Positions 10,816 to 21,288 of a stretch of 64,000 bases of DNA are shown piece after piece. Under the pieces are notes generated by a model. It was not told where the DNA came from. It did not search any database and saw nothing but the letters and a program-made list of their open reading frames with translations. The stretch's first letter is position 1; each line of letters opens with the position of its first letter. Origin of the DNA: Spirochaetia bacterium (lineage in GTDB: Bacteria; Spirochaetota; Spirochaetia; SZUA-6; Bin103); NCBI GenBank assembly GCA_965199955.1, contig CBDATQ010000001.1, positions 1,280,001-1,344,000 of the forward strand. The letters run 5' to 3'. Position numbers and translations under genes: made by a program.

Positions 10816-10873
10816 GTTTTCATCCCGTTGACAGCCGTTTCGCGTTGACCGACTCGGAGTCATCCATCAGGCT

Positions 10874-11083
10874 GTGAAGACGAAGAATATCACAGTCTCT
10901 GTGAACGAGGATACGTATCACAGGGCGCGTATTCGCGCCGCGGAGCTCCATACCTCCGTTTCCGCGGTGGTGCGTGACTTCCTCATCACGTTCTCTGGCG
11001 AGGAGACCGACTACGAGCGCCGAAAACAGCTCGAGCGCAGCACGATCGAGTCGATCCGGCGCTTCGACGCCATCTGCTGGTAG
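10874..11083 (+). CDS. Ribbon-helix-helix antitoxin-like protein with no adjacent toxin, possibly truncated
   Basis: KNITVSVNEDTYHRARIRAAELHTSVSAVVRDFL is a typical RHH antitoxin N-terminus. Confidence 0.7.
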   Translation: MKTKNITVSVNEDTYHRARIRAAELHTSVSAVVRDFLITFSGEETDYERRKQLERSTIESIRRFDAICW

Positions 11084-11197
11084 GGAGCGGGCAGGGATGG
11101 GCTCGGTGACCGAGGCGAGCCGCCCGGCCTCGGTATAGCGCCCGAAGACCGACATCGGGACGATAGCAGGCGACTACCGCCGCAATCGGGGGAGCGC

Positions 11198-12214
11198 ATG
11201 AAGACCAGGCAGTTGACCGTCGTCGAGCCCGGCCGGATCGAGCTGCAGGAGCTCGACCTGGACGCAGCGCTCGAGCCGCACGAAGCGCTGGTGGAGGCCG
11301 AGTACTCCATCGTCAGTGCCGGCACCGAGGGGGCCGGCTTTACCGGCCTGGTGCGGGAAATGCCGTTCGGCGACGGGGGCACGTATCCCCGCGGCACCGG
11401 CTACGGCCATCTGGGCCGGGTTCGGGAGGTGGGATCGGCGGTGGAGATGTGCCGTGAGGGAGACCGGGTGCTGTCCTTCTCCCGGCATGCATCGCTGGTC
11501 AAGGCGGACGCCGGCCGCATGGCGCTGCCGGCGCCCGAGGACGCTCCCGGCAGCCACCTGGTGTTTGCCCGCATGGCCGGGGTGAGCATCTCCGCGCTGC
11601 GCTCCTCCAGCGTGCAGCCGGGCGACACGGTGCTGGTGACCGGCATGGGGCTGGTCGGCAACTTGGCCGCGCAACTCTTCCTCATGGCCGGCGCCGACGT
11701 GATGGCGGCCGATCTCTCCGACTACCGTCTGGACAAGGCGCGAGCCTGCGGCATCGAGCGCACGGTGAACCCCGGCGTGGACGACCTGCAGGACGCGGTG
11801 CTTGAGTGGACGGCCGGCGAGGGCGTGCACGTCGCCGTGGAGGCGATCGGCATCAGCGAGGTGGTGGAGCAGGCGGTGATGGCCACCCGGCGCCACGGTG
11901 AAGTGATCCTGCTCGGCAGCCCGCGCGCCCGCGCCACCTTCGACGTGACGCCCATGCTGCTGCGCATCCACCTGGAGGCGATCCGGATGATCGGATCGCT
12001 GGAGTGGCGCTGGCCGGCGCACCCCGCCGAACGGGTACGAGACGTGGAGACCAACTACCGCCGGCTGGTCGAGTGGATCGCCGCCGGCCGGCTGCTGGTA
12101 GAACCGCTGATCGACCGCGTGGCTTCGCCCGCCGACTGCCAGGCGGTCTACGAAGGGCTCACCGGCCGCAAGGACGGTTATCTGGGCGCGGTGTTCGACT
12201 GGGGCTTGCTTTGA
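11198..12214 (+). CDS. Zinc-binding/MDR-family alcohol dehydrogenase-like protein
   Basis: SIVSAGTE, YPRGTGY, VLVTGMGLVG (Rossmann fold) and VAVEAIG. Confidence 0.85.
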   Translation: MKTRQLTVVEPGRIELQELDLDAALEPHEALVEAEYSIVSAGTEGAGFTGLVREMPFGDGGTYPRGTGYGHLGRVREVGSAVEMCREGDRVLSFSRHASLVKADAGRMALPAPEDAPGSHLVFARMAGVSISALRSSSVQPGDTVLVTGMGLVGNLAAQLFLMAGADVMAADLSDYRLDKARACGIERTVNPGVDDLQDAVLEWTAGEGVHVAVEAIGISEVVEQAVMATRRHGEVILLGSPRARATFDVTPMLLRIHLEAIRMIGSLEWRWPAHPAERVRDVETNYRRLVEWIAAGRLLVEPLIDRVASPADCQAVYEGLTGRKDGYLGAVFDWGLL

Positions 12215-12277
12215 GGAACACTCGACGATCTCGTTGACAACCGTTGTGTTGAGGCGGATCGACGCGGCGTCGACACG

Positions 12278-13096
12278 TCAAGACGGCACTTCCTCGCCAA
12301 TGACCTGGGTGCGCTTCATCAGCCGGCGCTGATCGGCCGGAAAGGGCTCGCGGCGGTGCATGGTTGCGCGGTTGTCCCAAATAATCAGGTCGCTGGCGCG
12401 CCATTGGTGCGTCCACACGAAACGCGGCTCGGTCATGTGCGCGAACAGCCGGTCGAGCAGGGCGCGGCTTTCGCTTGGCTCCATCCCGACGATCGAGCGG
12501 GTCAGGTGCGGGCCGACGTACAGTGTCCGGCGGCCGGTCTCCGAGTGGGTGCGCACCACGGGGTGGTCTACCGGCTCGGGGGGATTCTGCTCCTCGACCG
12601 GGTGGCGATGGATGGCGCGCAGGCCTTGCACCCTGGTCTTGAGGTCGTTGTCCAGCGCCTCGTACGCCGCATAGCCGTTGCACCACTGGGTGGCGCCGCC
12701 TTCGGCGGGGACCTCCACCGCGTACAGCAGGGACAGGGTGCCGGGCCGGCGCAGGTAGGACAGGTCGGAGTGGAAGCTGAGCTCGCCGTGGCCCAGGGCG
12801 CCGATCGGCTGGCCGTTCTCCTCGATGTTGGAGATCAGGAAGATTTCCTTGACCGGGCGGTCGGGCTGGCGGCGGACATGCTCGACGGGGTTGCCGAAGT
12901 AGCCGGTGAAGCGGACCTGGTCCGCCTCGCTGATGGCCTGGTCGCGGAACACCAGAACGCAGTGGTCGAGAATGGCGCTGCGGAGCCGGCCCACGGTCGC
13001 GGCGTCGAGCGCTTGGCGGAGGTCCAGGCCCCCGATCTCGGCGCCCAGGGCGCCGCCGGTTGGGATCACCTCGAATCGATCGGTCGTGTGGTTCAT
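12278..13096 (-). CDS. TauD/TfdA-family Fe(II)/2OG dioxygenase
   Basis: LGAEIGGLDL, FHSDLSY (HxD), GGATQW, HPVVRTHSETGRR and WDNRATMHRR. Confidence 0.9.
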   Translation of the reverse strand: MNHTTDRFEVIPTGGALGAEIGGLDLRQALDAATVGRLRSAILDHCVLVFRDQAISEADQVRFTGYFGNPVEHVRRQPDRPVKEIFLISNIEENGQPIGALGHGELSFHSDLSYLRRPGTLSLLYAVEVPAEGGATQWCNGYAAYEALDNDLKTRVQGLRAIHRHPVEEQNPPEPVDHPVVRTHSETGRRTLYVGPHLTRSIVGMEPSESRALLDRLFAHMTEPRFVWTHQWRASDLIIWDNRATMHRREPFPADQRRLMKRTQVIGEEVPS

Positions 13097-13187
13097 GGCG
13101 TGGGCGCAGGCCGCGCGACGAGCCTACTCCGATCGGGCGCTGCCGGCCATTCCGCAGGCGCCGGCCGTGTGAGACAGTTCTCGAACT

Positions 13188-13997
13188 GTGACCGAGGCTC
13201 CGCGGTTCCTGTCCGCCGGCGAGGTGGCGCAGTTCGACGCGCTGGGGGTCGTGGTACGCCGCGGCGCCCTCGGCCCGGTCGAGATCGACGCCGCGCTGCA
13301 CGAGATGGAGTCGGTGTGCGGGGAGGTCCTGGGCCATGCTCCGGGCGACGGCGACGTGGTCTGGGAGTCGCCGTTCGTGGAGCGGAGCGGCGCGCTCGCT
13401 GACCTGGTCGCCGACGACCGCATCTACCAGGCGGTCTGCGACCTGCTGGGCGATGACGTGTTGTGGGAGGGCTCCGAGGGCATGTGGGGCTTCGACGACC
13501 TTGCCGATCACGACTGGCACGCGGACGGCGGCTGGCTCCCGGAGCAGATGGAGCCGTACCGGCTCAAGGTGATGCTCTACCTGGATCCGCTGCGCCGCGA
13601 CACGGGCGCGCTGCGCATCATCCCGGGGTCGCACCGGGCGCTGCTGCACGAGTCGCTGCTGCCGTTCCACGAGGAGACCAGGGCCGACGGCGACCGGCGG
13701 TACTTCGGCCAGCGCGGCGAAGACGTTCCCGCGTACGCGATCGAGACCGATCCCGGAGACGTGGTGTTCTTCAACAACTGGCTGTTCCACTCCGTCTACG
13801 GCAAGGTCCATCCGCGGCGGTCGATCATCCTCAAGTTCGCGCGCATGCCCGGCAACGACCGGCATCGGGCCGAGTTGCGCGGCGTACCGCGCGTGCGCGC
13901 CGCCAACGAGTTGCTGGCACGGCACGGCACCGCGCGCATCCGGGCGCTGACCGGGCGGCTGCCCGACTACGCCGGCACGGAGGCCCCGGTCAACTAA
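13188..13997 (+). CDS. Phytanoyl-CoA dioxygenase (PhyH) family protein
   Basis: WHAD, LKVMLYLD, GALRIIPGSH and PGDVVFFNNWLFHS. Confidence 0.85.
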   Translation: MTEAPRFLSAGEVAQFDALGVVVRRGALGPVEIDAALHEMESVCGEVLGHAPGDGDVVWESPFVERSGALADLVADDRIYQAVCDLLGDDVLWEGSEGMWGFDDLADHDWHADGGWLPEQMEPYRLKVMLYLDPLRRDTGALRIIPGSHRALLHESLLPFHEETRADGDRRYFGQRGEDVPAYAIETDPGDVVFFNNWLFHSVYGKVHPRRSIILKFARMPGNDRHRAELRGVPRVRAANELLARHGTARIRALTGRLPDYAGTEAPVN

Positions 13998-14440
13998 GAG
14001 ACCAGCGCGTCGCCTGAATGCGCGGCTTCAGGTCGGGCGGGGCGATCTGGTAATAGACGGTCAGCAGCTCGCCCGGAGCCAGCTCCACGCTGGCGGGGTA
14101 GCCCAGGTCCCAGGTGGCCGGCCAGGGAAGCTCCATGTCCGGGGCGTCGTCGCGCAGCACGATCTCGTTGCCGGTGTCCCAGCTCGCGCCGCCGTCGTGG
14201 CTGAGGCAGGCGCGGTGGCCCATCGGCGGCACGCGCCGCCCGTAGGTGGCGAGCAGCGCTCCGCTCTCGAGCGGCAGCAGGTGCGCCGGATATCCCAGGA
14301 TGGCCGTCGCGTGCGCATCGGTCCAGGTGCGGCCGCCGTCCTCGCTCCCGGTCTGGCGCAGGTAGCGGTGCTCGGTAAGCTGCTCCGGCTGGTAGCGCCA
14401 CAGGCAGACCAGGCGGCCGTCGGGCAGCTCGGCGGGGTGC
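13990..14440 (-). pseudogene. C-terminal fragment of a sialidase/BNR-repeat protein
   Basis: Asp-boxes SEDGGRTW and SHDGGASW, plus GYPAHLL and DLGYPASVEL. No N-terminus or start. Confidence 0.7.
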
Positions 14441-15722
14441 GATCGCCAGCGCCGGCACCTCGCTGCCGTGGATGCCCCATACCTCGCGGCTGCGGTTCTC
14501 CGCCGAGACCGAGTTGAAGGGCGTGTCCAGGTGGTGGTCGGAGTGCTACTTCGTGTCGCCCACGTAGTAGTTGCCGTCGCTGGCGGCGTAGTTGTAGTCG
14601 CAGCCCAGGATGGATGCCACCGGTCCGGCGATGCGCGGATCGTCGATCAGGCCGGACAGGTACTCGCTGCGGTCGGCGAAGGTCGCCACCAGGTAGAAGC
14701 AGCACAGCAGCACGCCGGACACCACCGCGGCCTTGTGGCGGAGGAAGCGGATGCGCGTGAGCCGCCGCTGCGAGTACAGCGCCTCCTGCCGTTCGTCCTC
14801 CGCGGCTGCCTGGTCGGCGCGGACGGGTGCCTCCGCCATCATCGCGCCCTCACCCGAATCCGGGGGGTCGATCCACAACAACACCAGGTCGGACAGGAAG
14901 GTCCCGATCACGGTGAGGATGCTCACCATCAGCAGGATGTTGCCGGCCAGCAGCATGGCTCACGTTGGCGCCGAACGACTCCAACTCGCGGACGTAGCTG
15001 TCCACGAAGTCGCCTTCGGGGAGCTGGATGATCAGGAAGGTGAGCATCGAGATGACCACGACGGTCACCACCGCCATCAGCAGGCGGCGGACGACGTAGC
15101 TCGTCATCGATCACTCACGGCACGTCAAGAACGCCGGGGCGGGTGCGCCCCGCCCCGGCGCCAAACGGTCGATCGCTACCTGTCCTTGGGCGATGCCCAG
15201 TACCACAACTCCGGGTGAGAGGAGCCGGGATAGCGGCACTTGCCGTCGACGCACCAGCTTCCGGCCGCGTTGGCCAACTGGTTGTTGAGCACGCGCGGGT
15301 GGTACCACACCTGCCCGGCGATGCCGATCGTCCAGACCTCGTCGATCAGGATGCTCCAGATCTCCTTGCCGAGCTCGTAGCGCTCCTCGGCAGGGACTTC
15401 GCGGCCCTTGTCGTAGAGCTCCCACACCTTCAGGACGTCCGCCGCGGTCTCGGGGTCGGGAGCCTCGCCCTTCTCGCCACCGGTCTCGTAGTAGACGCCT
15501 CAGAGCTGCCCGTTGGTGGCGATGTGGTCACCGGCAGGCCGGCGGCCGGGGCGCCGCCGCCCCAGAAGTCCTCGGAGCCCCAGGAGAACTGGTATTGGTT
15601 GTTCGCCCGCCACTGGCTCGCCTGCTCGTTCGCCATCACCGACAGGTTGATGTCCAGGTCCAGTTCCTTCATCTCCTCGACGAAGATCTCGGTCTGGCCT
15701 ACAGTCCCGACGAGCGCGAACT
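14441..15722 (-). pseudogene. Collapsed remnants of a peptide ABC operon (SBP C-terminus, OppB ends, OppC N-terminus) fused to PhyH fragments
   Basis: SBP tail with an in-frame stop. OppB N-terminus MTSYVVRRLL is joined to the OppB C-terminus GTFLSDLVLLWIDP. OppC N-terminus RFLRHKAAV is joined to PhyH-like LIDDPRIAG...YYVGDTK*HSD. Confidence 0.7.
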
Positions 15723-15725
15723 GAA

Positions 15726-16250
15726 ATGAGATCGTCGCGAGTCATACTCCTGAACGGACCGAGCAGTTCGGGAAAGACGACCCTGGGGCGCGCCGTGCAG
15801 TTGGCACTGGGCTCGCCGTTCTTCTATTGGTCTTCCGATCAACTTGTCGATGCGGACGTTCTGCCGTCCGTAGATCGCACGGCGAAGACCGGGGAGTGGT
15901 CGTGGCGGACCATCAGGCCGCGCTTCTTCGACGGATTCCACCGCTGTGCCGCGGCAATCGCCGATGCCGGCAACGACCTCGTGACGTTGCTCCGCCATCA
16001 CTCGGTGTTCTTCGTCGGCGTGCATTGTGAGATCGGCGAGTTGGAACGAAGAGAGCAGCTTCGGGGCGATCGCAAAGTCGGCGAGGGCCGCTTGCATCTG
16101 GAGGATGGCGTGCACACGTGGGGCCGCTACGACATCGAGGTCGATACCTCCCGCTTGTCCCGAGACGGAGCGAGAGACAGAGTGGTCGAGGGCTTTCGGC
16201 GCCATGATCCCGCGCGTAGTGCATTCCGGTCGGCATGTATCGGCTCCTGA
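15726..16250 (+). CDS. Chloramphenicol phosphotransferase (CPT)-like P-loop kinase, probably with a short internal deletion
   Basis: VILLNGPSSSGKTT, FFVGVHC, ELERREQLRGDR and YDIEVDTS. The usual IVDHV segment after AGNDL appears to be missing. Confidence 0.7.
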   Translation: MRSSRVILLNGPSSSGKTTLGRAVQLALGSPFFYWSSDQLVDADVLPSVDRTAKTGEWSWRTIRPRFFDGFHRCAAAIADAGNDLVTLLRHHSVFFVGVHCEIGELERREQLRGDRKVGEGRLHLEDGVHTWGRYDIEVDTSRLSRDGARDRVVEGFRRHDPARSAFRSACIGS

Positions 16251-17554
16251 AAGCACACGAATCCGATCCCGTGCGCGTCGCCGTGATAGGCGCAGGCAAG
16301 TTCTCCTCCATGTTCCTGGCACAGGTGCGCACCGCGCCGGGCATGCGCGTCGTGGGGGTGTGCGATCTGGCCCCGGAGCGGGCGAAAGCAACACTGCGGC
16401 GGTCGGGTTGGAGCGCGGAGGAAATCGCGGCGATCGGCTTGTACCCGGACGCGGACAGCGTGATCGGCCATGACGATCCCGAGGTGGTGGTCGAGGCGAC
16501 CGGCGATCCGGTCGCCGGGGTGCGCCACGCGCTGGCCTGCATCGCGGCCGGCCGGCACGTGGTCATGGTCAACGTGGAGGCGGACGTGCTGGCCGGGCCG
16601 TTGCTGGCTCGCCGCGCGGCTCAGGCCGGGACCGTGTACTCGCTGGCCTACGGCGATCAGCCGGCCCTGATCGTGGAGCTGGTCGACTGGGCGCGGACCT
16701 GCGGCTTCGAGGTCGTATGCGCCGGCAAGGGCACCAGGTACCTGCCGGCCTTCCACGCCTCCACGCCGGACACCGTCTGGCGGCACTACGGGATCAGCCC
16801 GGAGCGTGCCGCGAGCGGCGGCATGAACGCCAGGATGTTCAACTCCTTCCTGGACGGCACCAAGTCGGCGATCGAGATGGCCGCGGTGGCGAACGCGACC
16901 GGGCTGCAGCCGGCGGCCGGCGGGCTGCGCTTTCCGCCGTGCGGGAGCGACGATCTGGCCGAGACGCTGAAACCGGCCGGCGACGGCGGAACGCTGTCGC
17001 ACCTGGGAACCGTGGAGGTGGTCTCGTCACTGCGGCGTGACGGCAGTCCGGTCGAGCGCGATCTGCGCTGGGGCGTGTACGTGACGTTCGCCGCCCCGTC
17101 GGACTATGCGGCGTCCTGCTTCGGCGAGTACGGCGTCCCCACCGATCGGAGCGGCCGGTACGCGGCGCTGTATCGGCCCGCGCACCTGATCGGTATGGAG
17201 CTCGGCATCAGCATCGCCTCCGCGGCGCTGCGCGGCGAGCCGACCGGCGCTCCCGACCGCTTCTCCGCCGACGTGGTGGCGGTCGCCAAGCGCGACCTCC
17301 GCGCAGGAGAGGTGCTGGACGGGGAGGGCGGCTCGACCGTCTGGGGACGCCTGATGCCGGCCGCCGACTCCCTGGCGGCGGATTCCCTTCCGATCGGCCT
17401 GGCGGCCGGCGCCGCCCTCAAGCGGCCAATCGCGGCCGGCGAGACGGTCGCGCGCGTCGACGTGGAACTGCAGGTTCCTGCCGACGTCCTGGAGATCCGA
17501 AGGGAGATGGAGCGCCGGGCTCTGCCTGAGCCACGTGGGTTACGAAGCACCTGA
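16235..17554 (+). CDS. NAD(P)-dependent oxidoreductase (homoserine dehydrogenase-like) with a C-terminal SAF domain
   Basis: VAVIGAGKF, VNVEADVLAGP, SLAYGDQP, MFNSFLDGTKSAIEM and AKRDLRAGEVLDGEGG. Confidence 0.88.
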   Translation: MYRLLKAHESDPVRVAVIGAGKFSSMFLAQVRTAPGMRVVGVCDLAPERAKATLRRSGWSAEEIAAIGLYPDADSVIGHDDPEVVVEATGDPVAGVRHALACIAAGRHVVMVNVEADVLAGPLLARRAAQAGTVYSLAYGDQPALIVELVDWARTCGFEVVCAGKGTRYLPAFHASTPDTVWRHYGISPERAASGGMNARMFNSFLDGTKSAIEMAAVANATGLQPAAGGLRFPPCGSDDLAETLKPAGDGGTLSHLGTVEVVSSLRRDGSPVERDLRWGVYVTFAAPSDYAASCFGEYGVPTDRSGRYAALYRPAHLIGMELGISIASAALRGEPTGAPDRFSADVVAVAKRDLRAGEVLDGEGGSTVWGRLMPAADSLAADSLPIGLAAGAALKRPIAAGETVARVDVELQVPADVLEIRREMERRALPEPRGLRST

Positions 17555-18090
17555 CGGCAGGCGCCGGGTCCGTCCGATCGGAAGCCGCCGCAGCCTGATC
17601 CGGCTGGATTCAAAGACAGTCAGAGCCCTGGCTGGGAGGTCAGCCTCGACCGCGCTGAGATTGGCGAGAAGGATGCGGCTCAAGCTCGCGGCGCTGCGAT
17701 CCGGCATGTGGCGGAAGAGAATCACCGAGGGCTTTGCCGAATCCCTCATGGCGAGCAGCGTGCCGAAGTCGGTGTCCTCCGAGATCAGTATCCGATCCTC
17801 TCGCTCCGCGAGTTCGAAGCGTACGGGATCTTCAGCGGACTGCAGCCCGCGTTCGCGCACGTGCAAAGCATCATGACCGCTTCGCGGCGGCCGACGGCGA
17901 TCCGCAGTTCGCTGCCAGTCGTGATAGTAGGGGTGGAAGGAGCTGCGCAGCAGCTTGAGCAGGGCGATGCTGAGCCGCCACGCGGCGGCTACGAGCCAGT
18001 GCGGCCGCGGAACTACCACCGCGTACAGGCGCTGTGCGCGCTCCATCGATACCGCCAGTAGCGGGTCGATCTCCGGGTAGCAACGCGGCG
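17540..18090 (-). pseudogene. N-terminally truncated DUF5615 PIN-like toxin, preceded by a possible methyltransferase fragment
   Basis: GHDALHVRERGLQSAED...EDRILISEDTDFGTLL...PSVILFR is DUF5615-like but lacks the MRFLxD start. Upstream CYPEIDPLL...RLYAVVVPR resembles a methyltransferase C-terminus (weak). Confidence 0.6.
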
Positions 18091-18214
18091 CGCGACGCGC
18101 GGGGCCTGGCGCGTGAAGAAGGGATCGGTTCCGGGGCAAGCCCCACCGCGACTCCGTCGCCGCTCCGGGTCTTCGCGGCCAGGTGCGGACGAGCAGCCAC
18201 AGGCCATGCGCGCA

Positions 18215-21200
18215 CTATGGAGGCAGGCCGATGCGGCGCTGAACGATGTCGAACGCGGCCGCCTGCGTCTCGCGGAGCTTCGCGTCCAGCTCGTCGAGTC
18301 CGGCGCACTTCAGCGCGGTCGCCAGCTTCAGCCGCATCGGTTCCGGGGCGTCGCGCACCGGAGCTCCCTGGCTCCACGTCAGGCGGAGCATGGCCTGCAT
18401 CGTCCGCTGCATCCGCACCGCGCCGGCGAGGAAACGGGCCTCTTCCTCCGGGATGACGTCGGCGGCGCCCAGGGCATCGAAGCAGGACGCCGTCGCTCCC
18501 ACGAGCACCTCCGGCGACTCGTGCGCATGGCGCAGGCGCAGGTACTGGGCCAGGGACTCGAGGTCCACCAGCCCTCCGCGCACGTGCTGGACGTCGAACG
18601 GGTCCTGCGAGGGATGTCCGGCGGCGATCGCCTCGCGCCGACGCGCCACGTCCTCGAGCAGCCTCGCAGAGTCGCGCGGGCTGGCAAGCGCCGCCCTGAT
18701 CGCCGCGGTGACCGCCGCGGACGTGGCCGGGTCGCCGCAGACGACGTTGGCCCGGGTCAGCGACATGAGCTCCGAGGTCGACGCCGCGCCCGTGTGACCG
18801 TCCCTGAACTCGTCGAGCGTCGAAACCGGCAGCTCGATCTCCCCTGACGTCCGCAGGCGCTCGTCCAGCTCGTAGAGCCGGCCGTACGTCGATGGACTGC
18901 GGAGGAGGGAGGTCAGTTCGCTGGCCGCGTTTCGATAGAAGGCCGAAGCGTCGATGGGGGTCGGGCCCGTGGTCCTCGACCCGGCCTCGAAGTCCGCCGC
19001 GAACAGCAGGTCCAGGTCGGAGCCGAAGGTCATCTCTCCGGCGCCCAGCCTGCCCCGTGCGACGACCGCGCAGCCGCCGCCCGGCACCGGTCCGTAGCGT
19101 TCGTGGAGCCCGTCCAGCACGTCAGCAAGCAGGCGATCGATGACCGCCCTCGCGACGTCGCACAGGGCCGCGGACGCCTCGTCCACGGTGACCAGGTTCT
19201 CGAGCGCCTGGACGGCCACCTGGAACCGGCGGTCGCCGGCCCAGCCGGCCACCTGCTCGACGCGCTCCGCGGCGTCCCGCCGGCCGGCCAGGCGCTCATC
19301 GAGCTCGCGGGCCAATTCATCCCGCTCGGGGATCGGCAGGAAGAACGACGGGTCCAGGACGGCCTGCAGACGCCGGGGATTCCCCTCCAGGACATCGGCC
19401 ATGCGGGGGGCGCTGCCCATCACGACGGCGATGAGGTTGAGGAGCCAAGTGTTGGCCCGGAGCATGGAGAAGAACGAGAGGTCTTCCGGCAGGGCCGCCA
19501 GGAAGCGGTCCAGGCGGGCGAGGGCGCGGTCGGGGTCGGGCGTCCTGCCCAGCGCGTCGACGATCTCGTGGAGGATCTCGCGGATGATGGTGCGGGCGCG
19601 TTCCGAACCGGTCGACTCATGCCGTCCTTCCGCCCATCCCCGGAAGACCGCGATGGCCTCGGGAGCCCGCGTGAACCCGGCCGCTTCCAGCTTGGCGACG
19701 GCGTCCGGGTGCTCGTCCGGTCCGTCCAGGAGGACGGCGGTGATGTCCTGCTCGCTCTCGGGGACGTTGAAGCGCGTGCGGTAGAGGTCGTGGACCTCGC
19801 CGGCCACGGACTCGATCCGGCGCACCAGCTCCTCTGCCGAGGCAAGTCCCATGAAGGCGGCGATGTGCTTCAGCCCGTCGTCGGAGTCCGGGAGCACTTG
19901 CGTCTGCGCGTCGTTGACCATCTGCAGGCGGTGCTCGACGCGCCGCAGAAACAGGTAGGCGTCGCGCAGGGCCGCCGTTTCCCGCGGCATGATGTGGTGC
20001 TCGCCATCCAGCGTCTCCAGCATCGCCAGCAGTCGGGAACCGCGCAGCCGGCGGTTGCGGCCGCCGTGGGCCAATTGGTGCATGTGGACGAAGAACTCGA
20101 TCTCGCGGATGCCGCCGCGGCCGAGCTTGACGTTGTGGCCGGCCGCGCGGACGGCGCCGTGGCCGTGGAAGTCGTGGATCTGCTGGCTCACCGAACGGAT
20201 CTCCTCGACGGAGGTGAAGTCCAGCGCCTCGTCCCAGATGAACGGCGAAAGCCGCTCCAGGTAGGCCGCGCCGGCCGTCAGGTCGCCGGCGACGGGCCGC
20301 GCCTTGATGAGCGCCGTCCGCTCCCAGGTCCGCCCGAAGCGCCGGTAGTAGTTCAGGGCGAAGTCGACGGTGATGGCGACCGGCGTGGATGACGGGTCGG
20401 GGCGCAGCCGGAGGTCGGTGCGGAACACGTGGCCGTCGGCGGTGCGCGTCTGCAGGATGCGGACCAGGTCCTGCGTGACCCGCACGAAGCAGTCGCTGAG
20501 GGTTCGGGAACCCGTGTAGCGGACCGACTCCGGGTCGAAGAGGACGATCAGGTCGATGTCGGACGAATAGTTGAGCTCGCGGGAGCCGTGCTTGCCCATC
20601 GCCAGGACGAAGTACCCCCACCGGTCCCCGTTCGGCCGTTCCAGGTCGCCGCGCTCGACCCGGTCCAGGAGCAGGTGGGAGACGCTCAGGCGCACGGCGT
20701 GGTCGGCCATGTCGGACAGCAACTCCGCGCACTCCATGACACAGTGGATGCCGAAGCAGTCGTACGCGGCCGCGAGGACTGCCACGCGGTTGCGCTGGCG
20801 GCGCAGGAAGGTCATCAGTTGGTCGCGCTCCATGGCGGGATCCGCGGCGGCCAGGTCGCCGCGCACGCGGCCGGTGATGGCGTCGGGAGTCTGGTCCACG
20901 AGCGCCTGGGTGAGCTCCAGGTCGCGCTGCAGCAGGAGGCTCAGGTGCGGGCTGTTGCCGCAGAGAAACGAGAAGAACGCCTGTCCCGCGGGCGTCTCCA
21001 GCTCCGCTCCGAGCGCGTCTCTTCCCTCGCGGTCCGCGCCGTCGCGCAGCCGGTCGATGCCGGCCTCGGCCTGGTCCTGGTGGTGCGGGCGCAGCGTGTC
21101 GAAACCGTCAGCCTGAGAGGCCAGCGCCAGAACGCTGGGCGAAGCGGGGTCGGCGATGATCAACGCTCCTGACCGGTCGTGTGCATGATGCGCGGGAGCG

Positions 21201-21250
21201 TTGCACGACTCGGCGGTCGATGGCCACGCGCCGCTCGGCTTCTCCGCCAC
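18215..21250 (-). CDS. glnE: Bifunctional glutamine synthetase adenylyltransferase/deadenylase
   Basis: Two nucleotidyltransferase domains: MGKHGSRELNYSSDIDLI and RGRLGAGEMTFGSDLDLL. Also FRTDLRLRPDP, GRTWERTALIKAR and NVKLGRGGIREIEF. Confidence 0.92.
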   Translation of the reverse strand: MAEKPSGAWPSTAESCNAPAHHAHDRSGALIIADPASPSVLALASQADGFDTLRPHHQDQAEAGIDRLRDGADREGRDALGAELETPAGQAFFSFLCGNSPHLSLLLQRDLELTQALVDQTPDAITGRVRGDLAAADPAMERDQLMTFLRRQRNRVAVLAAAYDCFGIHCVMECAELLSDMADHAVRLSVSHLLLDRVERGDLERPNGDRWGYFVLAMGKHGSRELNYSSDIDLIVLFDPESVRYTGSRTLSDCFVRVTQDLVRILQTRTADGHVFRTDLRLRPDPSSTPVAITVDFALNYYRRFGRTWERTALIKARPVAGDLTAGAAYLERLSPFIWDEALDFTSVEEIRSVSQQIHDFHGHGAVRAAGHNVKLGRGGIREIEFFVHMHQLAHGGRNRRLRGSRLLAMLETLDGEHHIMPRETAALRDAYLFLRRVEHRLQMVNDAQTQVLPDSDDGLKHIAAFMGLASAEELVRRIESVAGEVHDLYRTRFNVPESEQDITAVLLDGPDEHPDAVAKLEAAGFTRAPEAIAVFRGWAEGRHESTGSERARTIIREILHEIVDALGRTPDPDRALARLDRFLAALPEDLSFFSMLRANTWLLNLIAVVMGSAPRMADVLEGNPRRLQAVLDPSFFLPIPERDELARELDERLAGRRDAAERVEQVAGWAGDRRFQVAVQALENLVTVDEASAALCDVARAVIDRLLADVLDGLHERYGPVPGGGCAVVARGRLGAGEMTFGSDLDLLFAADFEAGSRTTGPTPIDASAFYRNAASELTSLLRSPSTYGRLYELDERLRTSGEIELPVSTLDEFRDGHTGAASTSELMSLTRANVVCGDPATSAAVTAAIRAALASPRDSARLLEDVARRREAIAAGHPSQDPFDVQHVRGGLVDLESLAQYLRLRHAHESPEVLVGATASCFDALGAADVIPEEEARFLAGAVRMQRTMQAMLRLTWSQGAPVRDAPEPMRLKLATALKCAGLDELDAKLRETQAAAFDIVQRRIGLPP

Positions 21251-21288
21251 GTTGCCACCGGCACGGCCTCTCGCTATGGTCGGCGGTC

